From positions 544,001 to 608,000 of the forward strand of contig CAVYGN010000001.1 in NCBI GenBank assembly GCA_963768055.1: 64,000 nucleotides of DNA. Direction: 5' to 3'. This DNA comes from an uncultured Spirochaetota bacterium (lineage in GTDB: Bacteria > Spirochaetota > Brevinematia > Brevinematales > JAOACQ01). Shown here piece after piece: positions 48,594 to 58,506 of the stretch; positions within the stretch are counted from its first letter, which is position 1, and the number at the start of each line of letters is the position of its first letter. The position numbers and the translations under genes are program-made. The notes under the pieces are model-generated. The model was not told the DNA's origin. It saw only the letters and a program-made list of their open reading frames with translations, and did not search any database.

Positions 48594-48636
48594 TTCACAT
48601 AACGTTCAAAATTCTATCACAATCGAATGTTATACT
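48594..48636 (+). promoter_or_regulatory. OmpR/PhoB-type tandem boxes + extended -10 upstream of the response regulator
   Basis: TTCAC/TTCAA/ATCAC at 48594, 48605, 48616; TGT-TATACT at 48628-48636. Confidence 0.6.
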
Positions 48637-48720
48637 TTAATACGTAGCAATGGAAATCGCATACACCTGTTTAAATATTGTTGGAGAGTTTGATAAAATA
48701 ATATAATTATCGAGGCGAAA

Positions 48721-49407
48721 ATGAGCATGTCAAAGAATAAAATTCTCATAGCCGATGATGAACAGAGAATGCTCAGGCTGATTTGCGATTATCTCAGAAA
48801 AGATGGATTTTTCCCTATTCCGGCAGAGAACGGAAAGATTGCCCTGAACCTGTATCTGGAAAATACAGATATAGACCTGGTCATACTGGATGTTATGATG
48901 CCGGAAATGGACGGCTGGTCCGTCTGCCGCGAGATCAGGAAATTAACGAAAGTTCCGATTATTATGCTAACGGCCAGGAGTGAGGAAGCTGACGAATTAT
49001 TCGGTTTTGAACTTGGGGCTGATGAATATGTAAAAAAACCGTTTAGCCCTGGCGTGCTGGTAGCCCGCGTAAGGGCATTACTGCGCAGAGCATCAATGGA
49101 CGAGTCGGAAAAAATTCTGGAATACGGCGGGCTTATACTCGATCCTGAAAGGCATTCGATTTTAGAAGACGGGAAGGTACTTGAACTCTCCCCGAAAGAA
49201 TATGATTTACTGTTCTATCTGGTAAAGAATGCGGGAGCGGCTTTAAGTAGGGCACGAATCTTATATTCCGTTTGGGGTAATGATTATTACGGCGACGGGA
49301 GGACAGTCGACACCCATATAAAATGCCTTAGAAAAAAATTAAAACAATCCGGCAGTAGAATAGAAACGATCCGTGGATTTGGATACCGTTTTCAGGATAA
49401 AGCATGA
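48721..49407 (+). CDS. OmpR/PhoB-family response regulator
   Basis: ILIADDE, LDVMMPEMDG, IMLTAR, KPFS, RTVDTHIK.LR.KL, TIRGFGYRF. Confidence 0.95.
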   Translation: MSMSKNKILIADDEQRMLRLICDYLRKDGFFPIPAENGKIALNLYLENTDIDLVILDVMMPEMDGWSVCREIRKLTKVPIIMLTARSEEADELFGFELGADEYVKKPFSPGVLVARVRALLRRASMDESEKILEYGGLILDPERHSILEDGKVLELSPKEYDLLFYLVKNAGAALSRARILYSVWGNDYYGDGRTVDTHIKCLRKKLKQSGSRIETIRGFGYRFQDKA

Positions 49408-50933
49408 AAATCAGGAACAAGCTGTTCATTGGGATTTCGATACTTGTCCTGCTTTTTATATCACTGGCTGTTTTCTTCAATCAAACCTTTTTATTATCAT
49501 TCTATATCCGTGAAACCCAAACGAAACTCATCGTAGACGCGAAAAACATTGATTCCCGATACCATGGAAATATCAAGGATGCCTTACCGGATTTACGGAC
49601 GATGGAATTGAATTCCGGAATCCATATAGAAATCATTGATAAGAAGCTTGAATTAAAATATATGTCGCAATTCCAGAAACATAATATAAATCTGGATCCT
49701 AAACAGAGTTTAAGGCCCGGTATGCCATTCCCTCCATTTAGAAAGGATTATTTACCTCAATTAAGGAATTCAGGGCCCGATATGCCAATCCATCCATTTA
49801 GAATGGAATTTTTAAATAAATTAAGGAATAATGCAAAGGGACATTATGCATTCCAGAATAATCCAGAGACTGATAAGTTTATTTCCTTTATTAATTGCGG
49901 ATATATATTAAATAACGGAGATATACTCATATTAAGCCGTCCTCTTGCGGAGTTAAAAGAAAGCGCTGAGGTGGCGAACCGTTTTTTAATATTTTCAGGA
50001 TTTGTTATATGTCTTATCGGGATTATAGCCGTATATGTAGTATCCAGAAGGTTTACCAGGCCGATTATTGAACTGCGGGATATGGCCCATGATATGGCTG
50101 AACTGAATTTCAGCCATAAGTTCATTGTCCATTCAAACGATGAAATAGCCGAACTTGGTATAAGCATCAATTCATTGTCAAGACAGCTCGACCATTCTAT
50201 TAACGAACTGAATCTTGCCAACATGAAACTTCGTGAGGATATTGACAGGGAAAGAAAGCTTGAAGTGATGAGGAGGGATTTTGTTTCAAGCGTATCTCAT
50301 GAATTGAAAACTCCAATCGCCTTAATAATGGGATATGCGGAGGGTTTGAAAGACGGAGTAGCAAAGAGAAAAGACCGCGATTATTATTGCAGCGTGATCA
50401 TGGACGAATCTAAAAAACTGGACCTCCTGCTCAAGGACTTGCTCGACCTTTCCCAGTTTGAGTCTGGCGTTTTCCGGTTATCGATAAAACAATTCGACCT
50501 TAAGGAAAAAATTGAAGAAATTCTGCAAAAATATACTCCCCTTATAAACGATAAAAAAATCAGATTGACGCTTGCTGCTCAAACCACTATGGTAAAGGCG
50601 GATCCTTCAAGGATAGAACAGGTCATCGTTAATTACTTGAATAATGCAATAGATCATTGTGATGGAGAGAGAAGGATCCATATACGGATTGAAAAATCCG
50701 GAGATTTCGCCGAATTTGCCCTGTTTAATTCCGGAAAATCTGTCCCGGAAGAAGCCCTGGAGAAGATCTGGCTGCGATTTTATAAAACGGATTCGTCCCG
50801 AAACCGTTCATTCGGCGGTACCGGGCTTGGTCTTGCTATCGTCAAGGCTATCCTCGAACTTCACAAAGCCCCTTTCGGAGTCCGGAATCTTCCGGATGGA
50901 GTGGAATTTTATTTTAGGCTGAAAATTTCATAG
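49404..50933 (+). CDS. HAMP-domain sensor histidine kinase
   Basis: Two transmembrane segments, HAMP, SHELKTP, NYLNNAI, GGTGLGLAIVK. Confidence 0.95.
   Translation: MKIRNKLFIGISILVLLFISLAVFFNQTFLLSFYIRETQTKLIVDAKNIDSRYHGNIKDALPDLRTMELNSGIHIEIIDKKLELKYMSQFQKHNINLDPKQSLRPGMPFPPFRKDYLPQLRNSGPDMPIHPFRMEFLNKLRNNAKGHYAFQNNPETDKFISFINCGYILNNGDILILSRPLAELKESAEVANRFLIFSGFVICLIGIIAVYVVSRRFTRPIIELRDMAHDMAELNFSHKFIVHSNDEIAELGISINSLSRQLDHSINELNLANMKLREDIDRERKLEVMRRDFVSSVSHELKTPIALIMGYAEGLKDGVAKRKDRDYYCSVIMDESKKLDLLLKDLLDLSQFESGVFRLSIKQFDLKEKIEEILQKYTPLINDKKIRLTLAAQTTMVKADPSRIEQVIVNYLNNAIDHCDGERRIHIRIEKSGDFAEFALFNSGKSVPEEALEKIWLRFYKTDSSRNRSFGGTGLGLAIVKAILELHKAPFGVRNLPDGVEFYFRLKIS
49714..49829 (+). repeat. 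In-frame 60-bp tandem duplication in the kinase sensor domain
   Basis: PGMPFPPFRKDYLPQLRN / PDMPIHPFRMEFLNKLRN. Confidence 0.75.
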
Positions 50934-50963
50934 ATTTCACTTATCATTCACTAATCGCTCACG
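50869..50963 (+). repeat. 95-bp repeat (kinase 3' end + TTCAC boxes), copy 1; copy 2 at 55793-55887
   Basis: Match at offset 4924 with a few substitutions. Confidence 0.9.
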
Positions 50964-51380
50964 TCAAAGACACAAGGAAAAGTCATAATACAAGCATGAA
51001 AAAAGTAATATTCATACTCCTTATAAACAGCATTGTGCTGTCGAATTTGTTAGAGTCTAACAGATTTAATGGAGCAGAGTAATATAAAATGGGGGGAAAA
51101 GGTGAAAGTTCTATTCGAAATATTAATGACATCTGTATTCTTTCTTGCCGGCACATGTTATGGAATGTCCGTGAAAGAGACTTATATCGATACAGGGATA
51201 CTTTTGGAGGGGAATGTAACTGATTGGATACTTATATATGGTACTTGCGCTCAAACAGGTAAATTATCATATATTTATGAGAATGATATTGACTGCCTTA
51301 CATTAATATTAGAATTACAGCTTGCGATTGATGACTGGTAGGCAGGAAGTTACAGATTACAAAAAGGCAGATATAGAATG

Positions 51381-51452
51381 CAGATACAGGAGCAGATTTA
51401 TGACTTAGGAGTAAACTTGATAACAGTGTTTCCTGAAACCTTCATGAACGGG
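51381..51452 (+). pseudogene. Remnant of a MacB-like permease, in frame upstream of the TonB-dependent receptor
   Basis: QIQEQIYDLGVNLITVFPETF vs EIKEQISSMGINLITVFPEAF at 57296-57367. Confidence 0.7.
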
Positions 51453-51491
51453 AATACAAAAGAAAACATTTTATTAAACAGAGGAATTTTT

Positions 51492-53822
51492 ATGATAAAT
51501 TTTAGGTTTTTTATTACATTTTTATTTATACCCGCATTCTTGTTTCCATATCAGATAAAAGGCAGGGTATATAGAAGTGATAACCGCGAGGGAATAGCAG
51601 GGGCTATAATAATTTTAAAAACAGGTACAAACATATTATTAAATTCACTAAGTGATAGCGATGGTTCTTATGACTTGATGAACCTTGAAAAAGGAATCTA
51701 TTTATTAGAAATTAAAGCGGCTGGTTTTTATTCAGAAACCAGATCTCTTTTTGCTGACAGAGATATTGTGATAAATTTATTTCTGGTTCCAAATGATCTC
51801 TCGCTTGGAGAAGTAGATGTAAAAGGTCAGAAAATGGAAGGAGTGGTATCGGAAAACACTATCGATAAAAATATGCGTCAAAAAGCTTCTGTTTCCAGCA
51901 CTTCTGATCCGCTTTCTGTAATAACTTCAATGCCAGGGGTTGAAACTCTTAACAACCCAGGTTCTGAAGACACAACTAAATTTTCAGTAAGAGGCGGTAA
52001 CGGCAACGAGAATATCGCAATGCTTGACGAAGCGCTAATTAAATATCCTTATCATCATTATATGAACGATTCAGTATTCATCGATGATGTGGTAAATACT
52101 TTATCGATTTATAAAGGTGTTGTCCCTGCCGAATATGGTCAGGAAATGTCTTCTTTATTGCAGGTTAATTCCGATGAAGGGGCGCCCGGCTTTCATGGAA
52201 AAGTCGATTTAGGCCTTTTAAACAGTTCCATATCGCTAAATGGAGCCACTGCAGATCAAAAGCTGAGCTGGATAGGAGGAATCAGAAGAACTCAATGGGA
52301 TTTGATTCTTCCATTATTTTCCCAAGACAGAAACTCTACCATACAGATTCCCTATTATCTGGACTCGCATGGAAGGGTATTATATAAGACAGCGGATGAT
52401 ATTTTATCATTTGTCTGGCTTTATTCAGAAGAACCATCCTCTTTCTCGAATCTTTCTGGTCAGGGTGGTAATAATAACGCTTCTGGAGTCATGAATTATT
52501 ATGAAACAGTTTTAAATCTGGATTGGAAACATATTTTTAATAAAGAATTTTTCATGGAACAATCAATTGGAACAACCTGGGCTTATCAGCTGCAGAATAT
52601 GCAATCGCCGAATTCAACAAATTACAATGAAAATGATGAATTTGGGTTACGATACAAATTAGCAGCGGACTATTCGCCAAACGATTTGATTAATTTTAAA
52701 ATCGGCACTGAAATTCAATATTACCCGAAGGAGTATATAACAAATTATCTTTATGCCAGTTACACCAATCAAATTAATGGTCAGCAGGAATGGAGTAATT
52801 TTTCCCAGAACGGTTATTCCGGTGAGTTAGGAGTATATTCCGTATTTATTGATAATGAAACTTCAATTTTTGATAGCGGGTTTTATATACTGGATGGCCT
52901 GAGATTGAATTACGCTGATTATATCGGGAAATATTCATTTGACCCCAGAGGAACTTTGGGATATAAATTGGCAGAAAATGACAAGGTATATATTTCCGCC
53001 GGATATTTATCGGAATTCCCAACTGATCCAGGAACGCTGGAATATCTTGATACTAATGCCAATCTGAAAATCCCGGGATGCTGGCATTATGTAATCGGAA
53101 CCGAGTTAAATTTTCTCGGTTCAATAGATATTACACTTGAAGGATATTATAAAGAATACAATTACTATATCAGTTATGAATCCAATGCTGTCGTTAGTTA
53201 TGATACTTCAGGACAGAACAAGCATGTGTATGGGATTGATTTCCTTCTTGAAAAAAAACCGGATTCATTTCCGATTTATGGTTGGATCAGTATCAGCGGG
53301 TTTCTTTCTTCCAGTTACCGTTATGTTGGGATTGATCCGAATATGCCCTACGATACTGCCGGCGGGGGTTTCGGCGGGATGGGTTCACTCACTGTCGCCG
53401 GGCAATCCGCACAGCCGCCGGTCGATCAATGGTATAATGACGATGCATCAATGCCTTACAGATTAGATATAACTGCTATCTGGGATATTAATAAAAACTG
53501 GACGCTGACAACTGAGTTCGATTATCAGGCTGGTTCATACTATACACCGATTACCAATGCCGAAAAAATAGGCTCTTACTATGAACCCCTCTATGGGACG
53601 TATAATTCTGCAAGATACCCGGACCAGCAATCGCTTAACATTAAGGTGGAATACAGGACAATTTTGTTTGACCTGCCTTTCGGGATTTATGCGGAATGTT
53701 ATAATGTTTATAATTACCGCGCTATTACCGGATATTCTTATTCAGCGGATTATTCATCTGAAAATCCTGTCTATTCCGCATTAGGCATTTACGGAACTTG
53801 CGGCTTATGGATGAAATGGTAA
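51492..53822 (+). CDS. TonB-dependent receptor with N-terminal carboxypeptidase-regulatory-like domain
   Basis: Signal peptide MINFRFF..; IKGRVY...GIAGAII; plug FSVRGG...EN; PAEYG; aromatic-rich barrel ending in W; next to exbBD-tonB. Confidence 0.85.
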   Translation: MINFRFFITFLFIPAFLFPYQIKGRVYRSDNREGIAGAIIILKTGTNILLNSLSDSDGSYDLMNLEKGIYLLEIKAAGFYSETRSLFADRDIVINLFLVPNDLSLGEVDVKGQKMEGVVSENTIDKNMRQKASVSSTSDPLSVITSMPGVETLNNPGSEDTTKFSVRGGNGNENIAMLDEALIKYPYHHYMNDSVFIDDVVNTLSIYKGVVPAEYGQEMSSLLQVNSDEGAPGFHGKVDLGLLNSSISLNGATADQKLSWIGGIRRTQWDLILPLFSQDRNSTIQIPYYLDSHGRVLYKTADDILSFVWLYSEEPSSFSNLSGQGGNNNASGVMNYYETVLNLDWKHIFNKEFFMEQSIGTTWAYQLQNMQSPNSTNYNENDEFGLRYKLAADYSPNDLINFKIGTEIQYYPKEYITNYLYASYTNQINGQQEWSNFSQNGYSGELGVYSVFIDNETSIFDSGFYILDGLRLNYADYIGKYSFDPRGTLGYKLAENDKVYISAGYLSEFPTDPGTLEYLDTNANLKIPGCWHYVIGTELNFLGSIDITLEGYYKEYNYYISYESNAVVSYDTSGQNKHVYGIDFLLEKKPDSFPIYGWISISGFLSSSYRYVGIDPNMPYDTAGGGFGGMGSLTVAGQSAQPPVDQWYNDDASMPYRLDITAIWDINKNWTLTTEFDYQAGSYYTPITNAEKIGSYYEPLYGTYNSARYPDQQSLNIKVEYRTILFDLPFGIYAECYNVYNYRAITGYSYSADYSSENPVYSALGIYGTCGLWMKW

Positions 53823-53860
53823 ATATTTCAAATATGTTTATAAAATGTTAGGAGGAAAAA

Positions 53861-54487
53861 ATGTTCGTCGGAAAATCAATCTGGGATATCCTTCAGATGG
53901 GCGGATTTACAATGACCGTTCTTCTGATCTGCTCGATAATATCTCTTTCATTCATACTTGAAAGGGTATTTCATCTCAGGAGCAAAACAAGGGTTAAAAG
54001 GCCTCCCTTTATGGCTAAAATCAAAAGTTATCTCGAAGGCAACAGCCTCCAGGGCACGTCTGCATACGCGGGAACCTTGATATCGCCTCTGGCCAGGGTT
54101 GTTCAGGCCGGGCTCCTTCTCAACGGAAAAGGCGATGAGAAAATAACAAACGCGATGGACAGGCAGATAAGCATTGAAATTAAAGAGCTTGAAAGATTTA
54201 CCGGCATCCTCGGTTCAATTGGAAGCACTGTAGTATATATCGGCCTGTTCGGTACGGTTATCGGCATTATAAGGGCATTCCAGGACATTGCTCTTTCAGC
54301 AGGCAGCGGGACAGGCATAGCCGGGGTTGTGGCCGGTATTGCAGAAGCCCTCATTACAACAGCCACAGGTATTCTTGTAGCGGTTCCGACAGTCATCGCC
54401 TATAACACTTTGATGAACAATATAGGCAATATCGCTACAGATATGGAGATCTGCGCTTCCGAGACCCTGGATTTATTAAGGAAATAA
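53861..54487 (+). CDS. exbB: MotA/TolQ/ExbB proton channel protein
   Basis: IGLFGTVIGIIRAF, GIAEALITTATGILVAVP. Confidence 0.9.
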   Translation: MFVGKSIWDILQMGGFTMTVLLICSIISLSFILERVFHLRSKTRVKRPPFMAKIKSYLEGNSLQGTSAYAGTLISPLARVVQAGLLLNGKGDEKITNAMDRQISIEIKELERFTGILGSIGSTVVYIGLFGTVIGIIRAFQDIALSAGSGTGIAGVVAGIAEALITTATGILVAVPTVIAYNTLMNNIGNIATDMEICASETLDLLRK

Positions 54488-54490
54488 ACT

Positions 54491-54913
54491 ATGATAAAAA
54501 AGAGATCGGAAAAAAGGAAATTGATGACCGATATAAATATTACGCCTTTTACCGACGTAGTGCTGGTTCTTTTGATCATATTTATTATCGCCACGCCCCT
54601 GATATACCAGGGGAAGATAAAGATCAACCTGCCGGAGACAAAGAGCACGAAGACCGAGGACAAGCCAATGAGGATGACTGTCCAGGTGACAGAACAGGGA
54701 TCTATATTTATTGACGACGTGGAATACAGCATGCCGGCCGATGCTGAAAAGATTAAAACGAAGATCCTGAATACAGTGGGAAACAGCGAAAATTCCGCAG
54801 TTGTCATAAACGGCGATAAAAACTGCAGGTACAGTACAATCATCGGCATAATAGATGCCATAAAGGAAATAGGTATAAAGAAGATCCTGCTCGGGACTGA
54901 AATTAAAAGATAG
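54491..54913 (+). CDS. exbD: ExbD/TolR biopolymer transport protein
   Basis: INITPFTDVVLVLLIIFII, INLP, INGDK. Confidence 0.9.
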   Translation: MIKKRSEKRKLMTDINITPFTDVVLVLLIIFIIATPLIYQGKIKINLPETKSTKTEDKPMRMTVQVTEQGSIFIDDVEYSMPADAEKIKTKILNTVGNSENSAVVINGDKNCRYSTIIGIIDAIKEIGIKKILLGTEIKR

Positions 54914-54926
54914 CCGGGGGAGAATT

Positions 54927-55493
54927 ATGAAAATGCTGCGTTTCGTAGGTATATCCGCCGTTCTTCACTTGCTTGTTCTGTTTGTGTTAATGTTAAAATT
55001 CCAGGCAGGTTTCATAATGACTAACGATACCTATGTCCAGCTTAACGATGAAAAACACTCGATAGATATGAAGACTCCCAAACCTTTTGTCATGGGCGAG
55101 GCGGCTAATAAAAAGATGAAGCCGGTTATCAACACGAACTTTCAGGAGCTTCAAAAAGAGGATAATGAAGATGCCGGCGGCGGCGGCCCATTGGATTTAA
55201 GCGGTTATGTCCCAAGTTATCAGGTCGAAGAACTCCCTATACCGCTATCTCCGATCAGTCCGAAATATCCCGAAGAGGCTCGAAGGACCGGCATCGAAGG
55301 CAAAGTACTTGTAATGCTGTATATCGATGAGCTTGGAAATGTAAAAAAAGTCGAAATCCAGAAATCCCCCAGCGATTTACTGTCGAAATCTGCTTTAGAA
55401 GCTGTATCGTCGACAAGGTTCAGACCGGCAAAAATTGGGGGAGCAGCCAGAGCGGTATGCATGCTTCTGACTCTGAAATTCCATCTGGAATAG
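54927..55493 (+). CDS. tonB: Energy transducer TonB
   Basis: N-terminal SAVLH transmembrane segment; PKYPEEARRTGIEGKV, FRPA. Confidence 0.9.
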   Translation: MKMLRFVGISAVLHLLVLFVLMLKFQAGFIMTNDTYVQLNDEKHSIDMKTPKPFVMGEAANKKMKPVINTNFQELQKEDNEDAGGGGPLDLSGYVPSYQVEELPIPLSPISPKYPEEARRTGIEGKVLVMLYIDELGNVKKVEIQKSPSDLLSKSALEAVSSTRFRPAKIGGAARAVCMLLTLKFHLE

Positions 55494-55526
55494 ATCAAAA
55501 ATCAATCCCGATATATCGAAATTGAT

Positions 55527-55793
55527 TCAGGCTTGCAATTCGAAAGACTCTTCGCTGATTTTTTCGAATTCCCCGTTTGTAAAGTCTTCGACAGTAAGGA
55601 TTTTCTTCCGGCCCCCAGGAGCGATCTTTTTAGTATGCCTCTCGAGGCGGGCCGTCCAGTTAATGCTGAACTTTTCAATCATTATAAAAGTATCGTCGTC
55701 GGTAAAATTCCCCTCGCCGGTTATATAGCAGGCAAAATTATCATACCATTCGAGCCTGAATTTTTTTATTTTTTCATCGAAGAAGACAATCCC
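55527..55793 (-). pseudogene. 5'-truncated gene fragment (DUF1579-like), not in the ORF track
   Basis: Open frame GIVFFDEKIKKFRLEWYDNFACYITGEGNF...ISEESFELQA*, cut off at the 55793 repeat. Confidence 0.5.
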
Positions 55794-55913
55794 CCCTTTC
55801 GGAGTCCGGAATCTTTCGGACGGAGTGGAGTTTTATTTCAGGCTGAAAATTTCATAGATTTCACTTATCATTCACAAATCGTTCACGATACTATCACAAA
55901 TATGCGTTATAGT
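55793..55913 (+). promoter_or_regulatory. Duplicated kinase tail + four TTCAC/ATCAC boxes and -10 TATAGT
   Basis: Boxes at 55860, 55871, 55882, 55893; TATAGT at 55908-55913, 6 nt before the ATG at 55920. Confidence 0.7.
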
Positions 55914-55919
55914 GCCGTT

Positions 55920-57113
55920 ATGAAAAAAATAATATCAATAATTTTTATTATTATCGCGGCCGGTTCTGTCGGCGGGTATATTCTTTTCAATTCAGGCAGG
56001 GCTAAAAATCCATATGAGATTGCGGAAATCGAAAGGGGAGACCTCTCCGAAAATATTTCCTGCACGGGAAACCTTAAACTGAGGAATTCCGTGGTTGTTA
56101 ATTTCAAGATATCCGGTACAGTTGCTGAGGTGATGGCCGATTTCAATCAAAGAATCAGGAAAGGACAGCCGCTGGCTTCCCTGGATAAAACCCTCCTGAA
56201 ACTGGCTGTTCAGACGGCGGAGGCGGGCCTTCATTCAGCACAGAACCAGATTGTCCAGGCTAAAAAAAACTATGAGGATACGAAATTCCTTTTCGATAAA
56301 AATTTCAAATCACAGTCAGACCTTGATACAGCGAAGATAAACCTTGATACGGCACAGATTAATTTGCAGACAAGCCAGATCAGCCTGGATAGCGCGAAAG
56401 CGAACCTTATGTTTGCGGTGATCTATTCGCCCATTGACGGCATCGTCATCGAACGGAATATCGAGGCAGGACAGTCAGTAGCAAGCAGCGAGTTTAACAC
56501 TGTCCTTATGACAAATTTTTTTCTTGCGAGCGACACAAGTAAAATACAGATTTTTGCTACAGTAGACGAAAACGATATTTCAAAAATCAAAAAAGGGCAG
56601 AAGGTCGTTTTTACCGTCCAGAGTTACCAGGATAAAACTTTTAAAGGCATTGTAAGCCAGATCCGCATGAAGCCCATTGTTTCGGATAATGTTGTTGTAT
56701 ATACCATTGTTATGGACGCTGATAATCAGGATAATTTGCTTATTCCCGGTATGACTGCAACATTGAACATTGAGACGGATAGCCGCAAGAACATCCTTAT
56801 GGTTCCTAATACAGCTCTTAAGTTCCAGCCGCCTATAGAAATATTTAGATTGCCACAAATAACCGGCGGGCAGGGAATGGCAGATCGTGATTTAGTCTGG
56901 ACTTATAATGAAAAAACAGGAAAAATCAGGTCTGTTTTTGTAAAAACCGGTCTGACCGACGGTCAGATGACAGAGATCTACTCTGAAGAATTAAAAGATG
57001 GCATGAAAGTCCTGACGGGGCTTTCAGTAGTTGTTAATAATACTAAAATCGGGTCTAAGAGCATATTGAATTCAGTCAGCGGTCCGGGCGGCGGACCTCC
57101 TCCAGGAATGTAG
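55920..57113 (+). CDS. Efflux periplasmic adaptor (MacA/HlyD-like)
   Basis: N-terminal transmembrane segment, ISGTVAEV.ADFN..IRKGQPLA, IYSPIDGIVI, VDENDI, PGMTA. Confidence 0.9.
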   Translation: MKKIISIIFIIIAAGSVGGYILFNSGRAKNPYEIAEIERGDLSENISCTGNLKLRNSVVVNFKISGTVAEVMADFNQRIRKGQPLASLDKTLLKLAVQTAEAGLHSAQNQIVQAKKNYEDTKFLFDKNFKSQSDLDTAKINLDTAQINLQTSQISLDSAKANLMFAVIYSPIDGIVIERNIEAGQSVASSEFNTVLMTNFFLASDTSKIQIFATVDENDISKIKKGQKVVFTVQSYQDKTFKGIVSQIRMKPIVSDNVVVYTIVMDADNQDNLLIPGMTATLNIETDSRKNILMVPNTALKFQPPIEIFRLPQITGGQGMADRDLVWTYNEKTGKIRSVFVKTGLTDGQMTEIYSEELKDGMKVLTGLSVVVNNTKIGSKSILNSVSGPGGGPPPGM

Positions 57114-57154
57114 GTAAAGGGAAATCTTGTTGACAATGAGATTGAAAGGAAAAT

Positions 57155-58375
57155 ATGGAATTATTAAATTTTTTTAGCACAGCAGTCCGGTCGATTTTAA
57201 GGAATAAGATGCGCAGCTTTCTCACAATGTTAGGCATAATTATAGGCATCTCATCTGTGATAGTGATGGTTTCTATAGGTGCCGGTGCACAACAGGAGAT
57301 AAAGGAGCAAATTTCAAGCATGGGTATAAACCTGATAACAGTATTCCCTGAAGCCTTCAGGAAGGGCGGAGTCAATCAGGGGGGAGGATCAGGTTCACAC
57401 CTGAAGTACAGCGATGTAAAAAAATTAAAAAAACAGGCCAGGCTTCTTTCGGGAGTATCACCGCTGATCCGGGCCGATGTCCAAGTGATTGGCGGCAAGG
57501 CTAACTGGAGTACGGTCATTTATGGGGTTTCCCCGGATTATCTGGCTATTCGCAGTATGAGTGTGTCTATGGGAAGTGTGTTGGCCGATAACGATTTGAA
57601 TGTCAATGCAAAGGTTTGTATTCTCGGCCAAACAGTCGCGACAAATTTATTCGGCAATACAAGTCCGGTTGGAAAAACGGTTCGGATAGGGCAGGTCCCG
57701 TTCCGGGTCATTGGAGTTTTTAGGCCAAAGGGATTTTCCGGCAGCGGGCAGGACCAGGATGATCTTGTTGTCGCACCTTATACAACAGTTCAGTACCGTC
57801 TGAGCCGTTTCCCTTTTCTCCAAATGATACTCTGTTCGAGTATATCCGGCGATAAAATGGAAGCTGCGCAGGCTGAAATAAGGTCTATTCTCCGCGAATC
57901 GCTTAAGATCCCCATAAGTTCTGATGACAGCTTCACTATACGTAGCCAAACAGAGGTCATATCAACGGCCACCCGGACTACAGGGGTTCTTGCAGTTTTT
58001 CTTGCCTCCATCGCGGGAATCTCACTACTTGTAGGCGGAATAGGCATCATGAATATTATGCTGGTTTCGGTAACAGAACGTACAAAGGAAATTGGGATAA
58101 GGCTTGCAGTTGGGGCCAGAAAAAAAGATATTCTCCTGCAGTTTCTTGTGGAAGCGGTGGTACTATGCCTGACAGGCGGTATTATAGGCATAGGGCTGGG
58201 TATAATAATTTCATTGATGGTCCGGGTATATATAGGATGGAATGTTGTCCTCCAGGCACATATAGTGATTCTGTCTTTCGCATTTTCATTCTTCGTGGGT
58301 ATCTTTTTCGGATTTTATCCAGCCAGGCGGGCATCAGCCTTAAATCCTATAGATGCATTGAGATATGAACCTTAA
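57155..58375 (+). CDS. MacB/FtsX-like ABC transporter permease (no ATPase domain)
   Basis: RSFLTMLGIIIG, GGIGIMNIMLVSVTERTKEIGIR, YPARRAS.LNPIDALRYE. Confidence 0.93.
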   Translation: MELLNFFSTAVRSILRNKMRSFLTMLGIIIGISSVIVMVSIGAGAQQEIKEQISSMGINLITVFPEAFRKGGVNQGGGSGSHLKYSDVKKLKKQARLLSGVSPLIRADVQVIGGKANWSTVIYGVSPDYLAIRSMSVSMGSVLADNDLNVNAKVCILGQTVATNLFGNTSPVGKTVRIGQVPFRVIGVFRPKGFSGSGQDQDDLVVAPYTTVQYRLSRFPFLQMILCSSISGDKMEAAQAEIRSILRESLKIPISSDDSFTIRSQTEVISTATRTTGVLAVFLASIAGISLLVGGIGIMNIMLVSVTERTKEIGIRLAVGARKKDILLQFLVEAVVLCLTGGIIGIGLGIIISLMVRVYIGWNVVLQAHIVILSFAFSFFVGIFFGFYPARRASALNPIDALRYEP

Positions 58376-58506
58376 ATTATTATTACTCCAAGATTTTAGT
58401 AAGCTTAACTATATGCAAGCTACCCTTAACATTTTTAGTGTAATACCTGGCAATGAGTGGATTATGCCTTGCTGAAATTTAAGCCTTTTATAATAAGGAG
58501 ACATCT

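Noticed and set aside
51069..51341. 90-aa ORF as a real gene
   Set aside because: No motif or clear RBS, and it lies in a decayed region; left unannotated.
51378..51491. N-terminal extension of the TonB-dependent receptor
   Set aside because: It is a permease remnant; the signal peptide and RBS indicate a start at 51492.
55533..55919. 129-aa N-terminal extension of the efflux adaptor
   Set aside because: It is antisense to a gene fragment plus the duplicated kinase tail and promoter; the real start is probably 55920.
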